A DNA stretch of 64,000 bases from NCBI RefSeq assembly GCF_006345805.1, contig NC_043005.1, forward strand, positions 40,176,001 to 40,240,000. The letters run 5' to 3'. The translations under genes and the position numbers were made by a program. The DNA comes from Octopus sinensis (Eukaryota). Shown here piece after piece: positions 13,283 to 26,229 of the stretch. The notes beneath the pieces are model-generated. The model worked only from the letters and a program-made list of their open reading frames with translations. It searched no databases and was not told the origin of the DNA. How positions within the stretch are numbered: the stretch's first letter is position 1; every line of letters begins with the position of its first letter.

Positions 13283-15288
13283 CTAGAGAAAATAACAACA
13301 AAAAAATATCCTAATCATCATCATCATCACTATCACTACCATAAACAACAAGTGAAAGACATTATAAGAATGGGGTTTGATGACAATGGAAGTTTTACAT
13401 TGAATGAAATATATGTATATGCATGCATGTGTGTGCGCGCACACACACATTGAAAATTAACATGAAACATAAAAAAGTATAAAATTGTCCCTTACATGGT
13501 TTCATTTGAGTGCAATTTGGTTTGTGTCACTTTTTTCTATGTGCTGTATTTCTATAGAATCAACACCTCTCGACACCTCATTGTTTCCATTTCAGGTTTA
13601 CAATTTTCTTTTATTTTACCTTCAACTCCTTCTTCAATAGTAAGGTACACCATGCTTAAGCTAGCACTTATGTTAGAATATTGTCGTTTTTTAAAACATT
13701 TTTTCAAATGTCAATAAAGTAAATTTTAGAAATGATAATTTATTTATTAAATCAACTTCAAAATGGAAAGTGTTCAATAGAAACTATAGATCAGTTTTAT
13801 AGAATGAAGCAAAAGTCAAAGCCAGAATATTCATAGGATCTTTGGTAACTTCAAAACAGCCAGCATACATATGTAATAACATGGGAAAATTGAAAAACTG
13901 CTCTGTATTTTGGGTAGAAGATAAAACCCAATATTACAATAGTATACAAATACACGTGTATGTATAAATTTTTAAGTTATGGGTGGCCAGTCACACTCAG
14001 AAATGGGCCAAAAAAGAAGCTATCTCTGACAGGTCAGGCAGCAATAACAAATGTCTACATCTCTTACCACTTGACAGTTGTGCCTAGCCCCAGTTCACAT
14101 CTGAACAAATTGGATTGTCTGCTCTTCTGCTTTTCATGGAAGTGATGGGTTCACCCTGATCAGGCATTGCATTTGCTGTCAGCACTTGCTATACTGAGGA
14201 CTGGTATACCATAGCTGATGATGAACAGACGTGAGCTGGGGCTGTGAAGATTTTCCTAACTGACGCATTTCTTTAGACAGAGAGAGCAAGCAGTCTTTAT
14301 CTGACTGATGCAGTGGCTTTGGTAAAAAATGTTGTGTAGTGGAAGTGATTGAAAGGACTGAAGATGCACACCATCTTATTTGGCCAAGCCCACATTAACT
14401 TTTTAAAAGGAAAGTGAGGGTGGAAGAGGAAAGTACTGCCTCCTAGCAAATTTGCAGAAAAAAAACAAGGGTGTTGAGCAAGGCACAAGTGAAAGGGCCT
14501 GCTCTGATCGTGTACAGGTAGTTTGGAGAAGGATACTTGAGAGAGGGTACTTGTGTTACTGGTCAGGGTAACCATAGTTTTGTGAGTTTTCCACAAACAA
14601 CCTTCGTTGGTTTCTCCATCTATTTCCTTTGTTTGTATTTTCCCCTGTTTTACACTTTTAATGTTATTTCACATTGTACTGTCTTGTATTGTCCTCAATT
14701 CTTTTGTCAACACTTGTAATTATTATTTTTATATGCTCTGAGATCAACTTTGCCTTTCATCCTTTTGGGATTGATAAAATATTGTACCCTCAAAATTGCT
14801 GACCTTGTGTCAAAATTTAAAACCTTTATTGTTATTGTTATTATTATTTACCTTTCGTCCTTTTGGAGCTGAGAAAATAAGTAACAAGTGAGCACTGGAG
14901 TTGATGTAATTGACTTCCCCACCCCTGAAATTTCTTGCCTTGTGTCAAAATTAGAAACATTATTATAATAATTATTATTATAATTATTATTTTATCTAAC
15001 TAGAAATTGTTTCTTTAGGGTGATATGTTCAGTCAATGAAATCCAATTATCTTATTACTGCTTGTTTCAACAAACCCATAATGTAAAGATTAAAAGATTT
15101 TAGTCCAAAGCAATGACATACTAAATATTTAATATTGTGAAATATACCATTTTAATTACTTCTAATTTGGCTATACTGATAACAATGATAATTTCACTAT
15201 CCAAATATTAAAAAAAAAAACAAAAAAAAACAGCAATAACAATTTTCAACTCCACCCTGTCAAAAAATGAAAAACAATAGAAACTTAC

Positions 15289-15381
15289 ATTTGTTGAGAT
15301 TTCTGCCATCAGGTTTCGAGTATTTGGGTTAATAAATTCCACAGGCTGATCTTCAAATTCAATCTTTCCTAAGACTGTACC
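15289..15381 (-). CDS. CPS1: CPS coding exon 5 ([31 protein letters not shown])
   Basis: AG/GT-bounded, 93 nt; GKIEFE.QPV is CPS1-like rather than CAD-like. Confidence 0.97.
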
Positions 15382-16084
15382 CTATATGATTTTTAAAACA
15401 AATATAGAAAATTGAAGACAGTTCAAGATTTACTTTTGAAAATAACATTTTAATACATATACAGAGATACACTTTATACACAGTTTTTCTGTCTTAGTTT
15501 CTTAGTAATTCTTTATATTTTAATATCAACATACAGATACATGAAGACTTAACTATAGAAGTAATTTAGTCATCAAAGAAGCACCAAATAAATGAAAACT
15601 ATTTCCTACTTCAGAAACTGTTGTTATAACACAAGGCTTTAATGCAAAAAAAAAAAAATCTGAACTTTTAAAAGAGCCAACCAGAGCAGCATGAACAACT
15701 GCAGATCTATGCATGGGTTTGATTTCAATCCCACTGTGTGGCACCATGGACTTCTACTAATAGAAGATACTTGCCCTAGGTCAACCAAAGCCTTGTAAGT
15801 AGATTTGGTAGATGGAAACTGAAAGAAATCTGTCATGTGAGAAAGTGTGTGCATTTGCGTCTTCATGTCTTGACATTATGTGATGGTTGTGAGTGTCATT
15901 ATCATATAAGAAGTATCATTCATTATCAGTCTTCCAGTAAAAACATGAATTGAAGGTTGGTGACAGGAAGAGCATTTGGTTGTAGAAAATCTGCTTCAAC
16001 AACTTTCACTTGACCCATGTTAAGCATGTAAAAGTGGACACAAAAACTGTGATCATGATGACATATATATTAGGAACTCCTTAC

Positions 16085-16231
16085 CATGTCGCGAACCTTC
16101 TTAGTTATCATCCTGGTATCAATACCATACAAGGCTGGTACTTTGTCTTCTTTAAGCCACTGGGAGAGTGATTTGACTGAATTCCAGTGGCTGTGTTGGT
16201 GGGAATAATCTTGTACAATCAAACCAGAAAC
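16085..16231 (-). CDS. CPS1: CPS coding exon 4 ([49 protein letters not shown])
   Basis: AG/GT-bounded, 147 nt; SHW...SL.QWL and GIDTR motifs. Confidence 0.98.
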
Positions 16232-17202
16232 CTACAAAAAAACAAAATTCATAATACAGTTGGTTCTGCTGAACTTAATGCCAGATAAATGCATGATTCA
16301 GTTAAATGCATAAGATTTCAAAATACTGAAGCATTTTACATCAAATTGATTTAAAAATTCACCAGTAAATTGCATATACAAAAATGTTAATTTAAGTTAA
16401 ATGCGTAAGATTTTTCTCGAATTTGACAAAAAACAATTGGTAGAAACGGAATATAAAACTAAACATTTGATTTCATTTGATAAGAATAAAATGATTCTAG
16501 AAGCTTCCATTTCTATGACGCATTAGTCAGTACTTCATATTTACAAATAACCAATACCAATAGAACCAAATATATTTAGTTATTACCATTTCAATGAATT
16601 AAAGACTATCAAAATTCATATTCCAATGGAATATCATATTTTAATTGTAGAATAAAGTATGTTAATAAATAAATCCCTAGTGCAGACAAAATCTGTAAAA
16701 AGATAGTTTTGAATTGATCAGTAAATATACATCATTTCATTGTTTCCATTATTGACTCCAATTTTATCTTATCCTACTTGGAAAGATTTGGTTGAATTAT
16801 TACATGGTGTCAGAGCATTCACCATACAAAATATGTAATCTGGAGATTTTTAAAAGTGAGTGGAAAGAGGAAGTTATAAGTTCATGTCCTTCTTAAGGAC
16901 ATTTTCTTAAGAAGTGAAATGGTTCCAGCTGATTGCAGATACAAGTTGCAATGAATAACACAGAAATATATATATTTTTTTTTACATGTACTAAAAACAC
17001 TATTTAGCAAGAGAAAAAAATAGGACAAAACCGACATTCCATAGGCCACAAACTCAACACATTAGAAATTTATATCATACGCCCAGTATATCAGAAACTA
17101 AGATCATAAATACAGCAACTCAAAAACTTAATCCTGTGGTACCACAGTGTGACTTCATCATCTGAATACTAAATCCTAACAGATGAAGGAAATATAACTA
17201 AC

Positions 17203-17347
17203 ATGGATGCGATCAGATTCAACATTCAACATTAGTCCATTCTCATCCTTAATATTGGTGTCTGGGACTCCGTAATTGCCGACGATTGGATATGTCAATG
17301 TCAATATTTGTCCTCGATAACTTGGGTCTGTAAGGGCTTCAGGATAT
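17203..17347 (-). CDS. CPS1: CPS coding exon 3 ([48 protein letters not shown])
   Basis: AG/GT-bounded, 145 nt; YPE.LTDPSY.GQIL motif; phase fits neighbours. Confidence 0.98.
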
Positions 17348-17934
17348 CTGGAGCAAATTGAAATGAGAGAAAGTGAGTGAGAGAGAGGGAGAATAAAAAA
17401 AATATGTAATAAATAAAAGGAAAAGAAAAAAGTAAAAACAGTGAGTAGTAGTAATTTATTTTGTTGTTATGCCACTCCAGTTGTTGCTGACCGGGGTTGC
17501 ATAATAATAATATTTAAAAGAAAATTTAAAAGAAATTTAAAATGTTTGATTCTTATAGTGACAAATTATTGCAAATCTAAAAATTCTACCCCAGTCTCCT
17601 GTAAAAACTTGGCACTTTTCAAAAAAAGTGGGTAAAAAGAAGCTCAGCATAACTAGCTGAGGCAAAAGAGTGTAGTAGTTTCTCATTTGTAGCTAAAATA
17701 GTTGAATGATATAATCTTGCAAGAAGTGTTATAGAGTAATCTTCCTTTAGTAAGTTTCTTGGAAGATATTTCATGAGAAGTAATTCTTAATTATTCAAGA
17801 AGCTTCACGTTTCTTTTGGAAGTTTCTAGAATGTCTAGCATGTCTAGAATATCTTTGCTTCTTTGTCGATTAGACTCAGAGCCATTCACGTCATTGCCAT
17901 GTCTATCTATTTCTCTATGCCACATTACTAAAAA

Positions 17935-18240
17935 CCATTATTTAGCTGTTGTTTATATAATATAATGAAATTATTGTATGCAGTGCTCAGGTGCACCACA
18001 ACTTGTCAAAAAGTGCGTATAAAGTATATACAGTAATGTACAAATGTCTGGAAAGCAAACAGTGTATGAGTCAGATACATGCTTGCATGTGTATGGAGGG
18101 GAGAAAATCAGGTGTAGTGTTGGCGAATCTCAGGAAGCATTGAAGTTTTGAAGGATGCAGTGCTCCGACAACTAACAACTGATGCCGGCAGTCTGTTCCA
18201 TGCTTCAGCAACTCTTAGCGTGGTTCCATGCTTCAGCAAC
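17935..18240 (-). mobile_element. CR1-like LINE 3' end
   Basis: Minus frame TLRVAEAWNRLPASVVSCRSTASFKTSMLPEIRQHYT* followed by a 3' UTR; a short duplication marks the 5' truncation. Confidence 0.7.
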
Positions 18241-18939
18241 TCTCAATTAGTTTCTAAATTTTGATTATGTTTCATTGACAACCAGTGAATAAAATATATT
18301 TTATGTAATGAATATAGAGTTCCTAAATTTATTCTTCTTCTCTGTAAGAATTCTTCTAAAAAGATACATGCAGCATTTCTAAACATATATAACACATATA
18401 TATACAAGAGTATCAGCTAACCAGTCAAATCTGACAAGATTTGAACTCACACAACATACAAAGACATAACTAAAATACTGCAAGATATTTTTTTTTTGAT
18501 GTGCTGAAATTTATCTCAATTCACTTATCCTATTAGGCAGTGTTTCTAACGATTACAGCAGTATATTTTACATTGCCATAGCATTTAAAAATAAATGCAC
18601 ATATCCCTCATATCAAATGTAGTCTTAAAAACTGAAAAGACACACGGTATATTCTAGTTTCTAGATGTTTTGAAGAGGTGTTGTTGCATTGATGATCATA
18701 AAATCACAATAATACTTGAGGCACAGTGCAGTGCTGTTATGATACAAGACACACTAATAATATGTCTGTAAGTGTATATCTTACTGGAAGTCAACATATT
18801 GCTGTGTTTCTGATGAATCACACAATTGCTTTAACAATAGATAAAATACCGGGTTCCAGTCTTACTTCACCCTAGAGTTTTTCATAGTTGGAAGGGACAC
18901 TCAGATAAATTCATGGGAAAAAAAGACAGGAAAACTTAC

Positions 18940-19049
18940 CCCACAAGACCTGTATTGAATACAACTTCTCCACTGCTAGAACTTTCATGACCAAATGAAT
19001 ATCCTTGGAAATAGCTTCCATCTTGCAACACAAGATGAGCTTTACGTGG
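18940..19049 (-). CDS. CPS1: CPS coding exon 2 ([37 protein letters not shown])
   Basis: AG/GT-bounded, 110 nt; matches the start of the CPS small-subunit-like domain (L.DG...G.SFG....GEVVFNTG). Confidence 0.97.
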
Positions 19050-19299
19050 CTACAAAGGAAATGTTTGTTATAATTACTAAAACTTACTGGAAAAAAAAAA
19101 ATCTTTTGGGTTTTTCTGTAACCATGTAACAAATGGCATAAAGAAACAGTCACAACAAAATGTCTACCTATTACAGAAAGAAAATAAAGTGTGTGTGTGT
19201 GTGTGCCAGCATGGAAAGTGGGCGTTAAAAGATGATCACACACACACACACACACACACACAGATATTTATATATATATAGTGATTTTGTTTTCTCAAA

Positions 19300-21960
19300 G
19301 AAGACGTGGTATCCATGACATGTGCAGGTCTACAAGACTGGTGAGAATCAATGCCCAGCTTGCATTCCTGTAGGATCATACAAATAGGAAAAATGTGTCT
19401 AGAGAATGAATTTGAGCCAAATGTTTAATTCAGTATTTGGTGGATGAGATACATTAAGAGGGGAAAGAATGGGGGCAGATATTAGTTCATGTTAATACAT
19501 GATGAAAACAATCACCTGTAAGGTTAACTGCTTAAATCTAATATATAATGTTTCAAAATGATATAATGAGAATTGGGTGATTAAGATGATCAAGGTATTC
19601 AAAGTGTGCAACAAGGTACTTATGCTTAGACTAATTTTGTGAAGTAGAACAACTATTATTTCAACCTATGTTCCTCAACCAGGACTGCCAGATGAACAAC
19701 AAGACTGATTTTTATGATGCCATTTTGCAGGCTACTTTGATGACATATGACAGAAACCTTATATTCATGGTTGGTGACTTCAATGGGTATGTTGGGCCGA
19801 ATCCAGGTGGCTTCCAAAGTGTGTGTGGAGGCTAGGGAGTTGGTTCCTATAATGAGGAGGGGACAAGGCTATTAAAGCTTTGTGATGAAAATGACCTAAT
19901 GATTTGCAATACTAACTTCAGAAAACCAACCAGTCACCTGATCTCCTATCTATCTAGTGGCTACACAGCCAGATTGACTACATTCTCACTAGAAAACAGG
20001 ATGGATGGATGGTTACTCATAAAGACCATCCCTTGAGAAGAATGTATTCTTCAATATAGTTTAGTCATTAGCAAATTCAGACTGTGGGTTAAAAGAACTC
20101 CAAGAAGCAAACCAATCTGGAACAGAAAAATTTGAAAGCTTAAGGGTCTAAGGGTCCTTTGAATAGCCAGAGATTTAGAGATGTTCTAATTGAAGCATTT
20201 GATGAGAAGTGGGAGGAGTTACAGATTTGTAACATAGAGAACAACTGGAAGTTCCAACAAGATACCTTACTGAGGGCTACAGGCAAAATTTGTGGTAGGT
20301 ACAAAGGCCCAACCAGACCTAGGGTGACATGGAGGTATAACAATGAAGCAGAGAGGGCCATAAAAGCAAAGAAACAAACCCGGAGGGTCTGGAAGAGAGG
20401 AGACAGCAAAGAACTATGTCAGAAGAGAAGCCAGGAAAGTTATATTTAGCTAAGGGAGAAACAGAATGGAAAAAGTTTGCTAATATTCTGTGGCACGAAG
20501 TCAAGAGGTTTGTGGTGTTCTGAATTGCAAAATAGTGGGTTCAGAGAAAGCTGTGATGCTGTGTGTTCGGATGGATGATGGTATACTTGCATTTAGTGAT
20601 TTTGTAAAGAAATGCCACTGCGAAAGGCTGCCAAAAGTAGAGAATACATAGGAAAAGGAGTCTTCTTAATGTGAACCCAACAGAGAGATCACCTATCTGA
20701 GCTGACAGCTGCTTCGTAGACAAAGCAATTAGGGATATGAAGATAAGGAAAGCCCCTGGCCCATCAGGAATTACTACTGAAATGCTTAAAATACCTGGTG
20801 GAGTGAGATATGCCCTAGTCACCTGTATAAATAATCTGATTGTCCAGGAAGGTGTCATGCCCAATGAGAGGTATAGCAACATTATTGTCAAATTCTACAA
20901 ATGTGAAGGTGATACCTTAGTCAGAAATAATTACAGAGGTGTCATATTGCTGAACCAGGATGTGAAAGTTCCAGAAAGGGTCAAAGTTCAACTAATTAGG
21001 AAGTGAGTTAACCTAGATGAGATGTATGATTGATTTTCTGCCAGGAAGAAGCACTACTGATGTTATCTTCCTGTATCTAAATGAAAAAGAAGCATTTTAG
21101 CCAAAAATAAAACTTCATACTTGGTATTTGTATATATGGAGAAAGCCTTTGACAGGGACCCTCACTCACTTGTCTAGTGGTTGATGTAGAAGCTAGGAGG
21201 TAGATCAGTGGCTGGTGGTGAATATCAGCAATGAGTACAGCAATGAAATTAGTGTGCACTAATTCACCAAGGATTGATTCCCAGATCTATCTTGTTTACC
21301 ATAGTATTCCAGGCCATAACAGAGGAATTTAAAACTGGTTGCCCATGAAAACTCCTCTACCAATGACCTTGATCTTATAGCTGAATCTCTAGAAGAATTA
21401 GAGAAGAAATTTCAAGTGTGGAAACAAGTATCAGAATCAAAGGGCCTTAGACTTAATTTAACAATGACCAAAATACTAGATAACAGAAAAGCAGACAAGT
21501 TACTAATTCCTTCAGGAAAATGGCTCAGTTCAATATGTAGTAAAGGTGCAGGTAGAAATTCCATATGATGTACCCAGTGCAAGATATGCTCACATAAGAG
21601 GTGGAGTAAAATTACAGGAAGGTTAACAGAAAAAGTAGTCTTGGTGTGTTGCAGATGCGCAGATACAATAATCATTAAGAATACACAGGAAATAGATTTC
21701 CTCAAATGCCTAAGGAGATCCTTAGATGTAGTAGATAGTTTCTGTTACCTAGGTGACCAAATAAATAGAGGAGGAGGATACTCTGAAAGCCTAGTTGCTA
21801 GAATAAGAACTGACTGGACAAAGTTCAGAGTGCTGTTACTTTTGTTAGAAACAAAAGGCTTCTCCCTTAAAGTGAAATGCAGATAGCATGATGCCTGTGT
21901 ACAAATGGCTATGTTACATAGCAGTAAAACATGGGATGTGATGGAGAGGATATGCATGAA
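19300..21960 (+). mobile_element. RTE-clade LINE remnant (AP endonuclease plus RT, heavily disrupted)
   Basis: VGDFNGYVG, NDLMICNTNFRK, KAPGPSGITTEMLK, NNYRGVILL, a Cys-rich insert and VVDSFCYLGDQI fragments across frames. Confidence 0.88.
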
Positions 21961-22599
21961 TGTCACACAGTTACATTTTCCTTCCCCAATAAATATGAGC
22001 TCAAGGGCTTATAAGATACTTTTTTTTTTCTCCTTTTCTTGTCTGGTAGTTGTTGGGTGTCACAATTGACTACTGAAGTATTTGTGAGATTGTGGATAAT
22101 ACTGATATTTGATATGTTAACCCCTAATAAAAGACACTATTGATAATAGCAGGAGAGATAAGCTAGAGATATTTATCAAGTGCAAATTTAATATTCAGTA
22201 CATTGACATTTTCAGTAAAGGTAATTTGGTAAAAGCTAGTAACAAGAGGCAAGTAAGGCAATTAATACTGTTAGTGTTGCATATATTTCTGAATCAGGTG
22301 AGAAAGATAGTGCTCAAGAGAGCTGCTGAGATGTTTTTTTTTTCTGTGTTTTCTTTGTAAGTAACTCAAAGGTGGTGGGGTGCAGTAACTATGACATTTG
22401 CAAGTTCTCCCAGAGCGCTGAAATTGATACAGTTGATGTACCCTTTAAACATCTGTAGTTCAATGTCAGCAGAAAAAAATGCAGGTGAGGAAGGAAACAC
22501 AGAAAGTGGCATTTCTGGGGAAGAAGGAATGAGCAAAGTGTTTGTGCATAGTTTGGCAAGGTTGGTTGCAAGATCTTTGTGATTTGAAGTTAAGTACAA

Positions 22600-23262
22600 T
22601 GATAAGCAAAGTCGACCTCAGCGGAATTGAGATCAGAACATAATGGTAGACAAAGTACATGTTTCTTTATTAACCACAAGGGGATAAACATAGAGGGGAC
22701 AAACAAGGGCAGACAAACGGATCAAGTCAATTATATCAACCCCAGTGCGTAACTGGTACTTATTTAATTGACTCCAAAAGAATGAAAGGCAAAGTTGACC
22801 TCGGCGGAATTTGAACTCAGAACGTAACGGCAGACAAAATACCTATTTCTTTACTACCCACTAGGGGCTTAACACAGAGAGGACAAACAAGGACAGACAA
22901 ACAGATCAAGTCAATTATATCAACCCCAGTGCGTAACTGGTACTTATTTAATTGACTCCAAAAGGATGAAAGGCAAAGTTGACCTCGGTGGAATTTGAAC
23001 TCAGAACATAACGGCAGACAAAATACCTATTTCTTTACTACCCACTATGGGCTTAACACAGAGAGGACAAACAAGGACAGACAAATGGATTAAGTCAATT
23101 ATATTGACCCCAGTGCGTAACTGGTACTTATTTAATCAACCCCAAAAGGATGAAAGGCAAAGTCAACCTTGGCAGAATTTGAACTCAGAACGTAACGGCA
23201 GACAAAATGCCACAAAGTATTTCACCCAGCGTGCTAATGATTCTGCCAGATTGCCACCCTGA
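22600..23262 (-). repeat. Head-to-tail triplication (184-bp period) of a SINE body plus a partial fourth copy
   Basis: CCCAGTGCGTAACTGGTACTTATTTAAT recurs at 22741, 22925 and 23109; the same SINE occurs singly at ~8600-8790, ~9550-9715 and ~39470-39600. Confidence 0.9.
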
Positions 23263-23622
23263 GAGCACAGTATGTTATTCTTTCAATCATCTTTCAGTAA
23301 GTTTGGTGAAGCCTATACATCATTGATAAGATCTAAGAAGACACTAAAACATATCTGGAGCTGTCTTTCATACTTGCCAGACTAGTTGAGGTAATATTGG
23401 TCATTGACTAATAATGTCTTTTCCTTTCCACATAATTATTTCTAACTTTACTGCATTAAGTATGGTAACACTAATTTGACTATGCTATTAGTTAGTCTGC
23501 CTATATTATAATTACTGTGCTGCTGTTTGCGACGGAAAGACAAAAACTAACAGTTATAAAAATATTTGCTCTAACAACCCTGAACAAGACTGAAAAGGCA
23601 TAAGTAAACTAATATAGAATAC

Positions 23623-24039
23623 AGGTGCAGGAGTGGCTGTGTGGTAAGTAGCTTGTTTACCAACCACATGGTTCTGGGTTCAGTCCCACTGCGTGGCACC
23701 TTGGGCAAGTGTCTTCTACTATAGCCTCGGGCCGACCAAAGCCTTGTGAGTGGATTTGGTAGACGGAAACTGAAAGAAGCCCGTCGTATATATGTATATA
23801 TATGTATGTATGTGTATGTGTGTGTGTTTGTGCGTCTGTCCCCCTAGCATTGCTTGACAACCAATGCTGGTGTGTTTATGTCCCCGTCACTTAGCGGTTC
23901 GGCAAAAGAGACCGATAGAATAAGTACTGGGCTTACAAAGAATAAGTCCCGGGGTCGAGTTGCTCGATTAAAGGCGGTGCTCCAGCATGGCCACAGTCAA
24001 ATGACTGAAACAAGTAAAAGAGTAAAGAGTAAAAGAGTA
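23623..24039 (+). mobile_element. Full-length tRNA-derived SINE with internal (TA/TG)n
   Basis: Head GGAGTGGCTGTGTGGTAAG...GGGTTCAGTCCC (A/B boxes), conserved body and AAGAGT-repeat tail; fragments recur throughout the window. Confidence 0.85.
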
Positions 24040-26106
24040 TAGAAATATAGAATTTTAGAGTTTAATTCATACACTTTCATTGAAATATAAGCCACCACTA
24101 TGTTGTAGAAAGGAAAATAAAATTCCATATTTTGGGAAAAAAAATTTAATGTATCATTAAAACTTATTTGACAAATGCTGAAACAAGGCTTAAAATCTTC
24201 ATATTAAATTTGTCATTGAAATATTGAATGCATTCCTTTATCTTTCTTCAGAATAGTGATGCTTTCATCACTTTTAGAAAAAATCATAACAAAATGAAAA
24301 AAAAAACATTTTAATAAGAAGGAATAAAATAAATATTTAACTAACATTATAATACTGGGTAACTACAAATCCATGAATACTAAGCTAACTATAACCAATG
24401 TAGCTTGATGAAAGGTAGGGTATATAATTAATCTTAATCAATCTGCTATCTGAAAAACAAATACCATCTTTACTTCATAGATGTGGTTGAAATAGAAAGG
24501 AAAACATCCGGGAAGAAAACCATGATCTAACTTACTGTGACTGTTTGACCTGTAAAAAAGTAACAAAATCTCTCTCAAATCATACTGTCTTAAAAAGACA
24601 AAGACAATTTGAAAGGAAAAGACAACCTTTGCCATGGCTGGAATGCTTTTAATTAAAAGGTTAGTGTTGATCTGGAATGAACCAACAACAAACTTTTTAC
24701 AACCAACGTGGCATGCACCATAACATTACATTATTGGTTAATTCGTTGTTTTTCATTGTTTTTTTTTTTTCTTTTTTTTTACTTTCACTTCTTTCAGTAA
24801 TTGAACTACAGTCATGCTAGGGCAGCACCTCGAAAGGTTTTAGTTGAACAAATCAACTCCAGTACTGGTCTCTTTTGCTTAATTACAGGAACGTAAACAA
24901 ACCAACACTGATTGGTGAATAGTGTGTGTGTGTTGGGGTGAGACCAACACACATGCACACGCATAAGCATATGAGGGGGTTTCCACACAGTTTCTGTTTA
25001 CTAACTTCATTGGTTGGCTCAAGGGCTATAGTAGAAGACATTTGCCAAGGTGCTGAGCAGTGGGACTGAACCTGAAATCATATGGTTGAAAAGCAAGCTT
25101 CTTAACCACACACCCAGGACAGTGTAAAGAAATAAAAAATAAAACAAAACAGACCAAAACAAAAAACAAGAGTGTCTTTCTCTTGAGAGCTGAGAGATAT
25201 AATGTAGGAAGAGGCATTCAAGCCACTAAGTCTAAACTAATGGAGCCTAATGTACTAGACTTCTGGGTTAAATCCAAATGTTTGATTTACTGCCACCATA
25301 CCACAAGTCTACTCAAACATAGTTGGTTGTCTCTGCCTAAGAATAACAAAACTGGTATCATATTTATTGTGTTGCATCACCTTAAACAAACATGATGAAT
25401 GAATGGAAATAAAAATCTTACACAGAAACATGATTAATACAAGTGAACAGAATGAAAAGATTCATAACTTCTAAAAGTTATAAATTGTTTTACTCCTTTC
25501 AGTTTTGGAAGCCTCAGCAAAATTCATGTGTTTATGAAGCCTTCAAATGCAGCATTGCCATTGCTATGATGTCACATCTCATCATGGTGAGTTACATTTC
25601 ACTAAAATAACTTGACAAGTAGCTTCCAGTTTGTGATGATTTGATTTGGCTGCATAACTTCTTAAATAAACTTACATATGCCCTCTTCTAGCCCAAGGAA
25701 ATTGCATGACAGTATCATGTTTGAGGTTGGTATTTCCTTACAGGAAACATACTACTTCCACTTTGAACACACATATACACACATAAACACTGGTGTGCAT
25801 ACATGTGCACACATACGTACACACATGGGATCCTTTACAAAGCTCACTTGACCTAGAAGAAATGGTAGATAAGTCCCCTGCACCTTTCACTCTCCTATCT
25901 TGAAACAGAGTTGGAATTCACTGGATAATATAGTCTTTGACAAATCACAATGGACTGGATGATCACAGCAGTAATGCCTCTGACTATGAATCTGCTCAAT
26001 TAGAGTAATTCTGGGATTAAAGAACAACTAAACACACACACACACACACACAAAGAAGCAGCTAATAACATAATAACACATAATGAAAGAGAAATTTTAC
26101 ACTTAC

Positions 26107-26229
26107 TCGTGCAATTCTAGAGGGAATGTCACAGGTTACAGAGACATGGCGATAATTGCTGCAAATTAATTTTAGATTGTGTTTGAGTAAGTTCTTGCCA
26201 TGAAATTGCAAAGCCTGGTAGATCGTCAT
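26107..26229 (-). CDS. CPS1: Carbamoyl-phosphate synthetase (CPS1/CPS III-like), first coding exon; mitochondrial presequence MTIYQALQFHGKNLLKHNLKLICSNYRHVSVTCDIPSRIAR
   Basis: ATG at 26229 with an in-frame TGA 6 nt upstream. 41 codons end at a GTAAGT donor, in phase 0 with the next exon. The peptide is basic with a single acidic residue. A polypyrimidine tract and AG acceptor precede 26263, so the exon also has 34 nt of 5' UTR. Confidence 0.8.

Noticed and set aside
13490-13680. Possible extra minus-strand exon ending in a GTAAG donor
   Set aside because: Stops in the tested frames, no CPS similarity, and the flanking exons already join in frame.
23623-23700. tRNA gene
   Set aside because: A/B boxes continue into a SINE body; no complete cloverleaf.
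344-26229. Calling the gene CAD
   Set aside because: The N-terminal presequence, GKIEFE.QPV segment, short linker and AVKA ending fit the CPS1/CPS III lineage. The C-terminal domains are outside the window, so the call rests on the N-terminal half.
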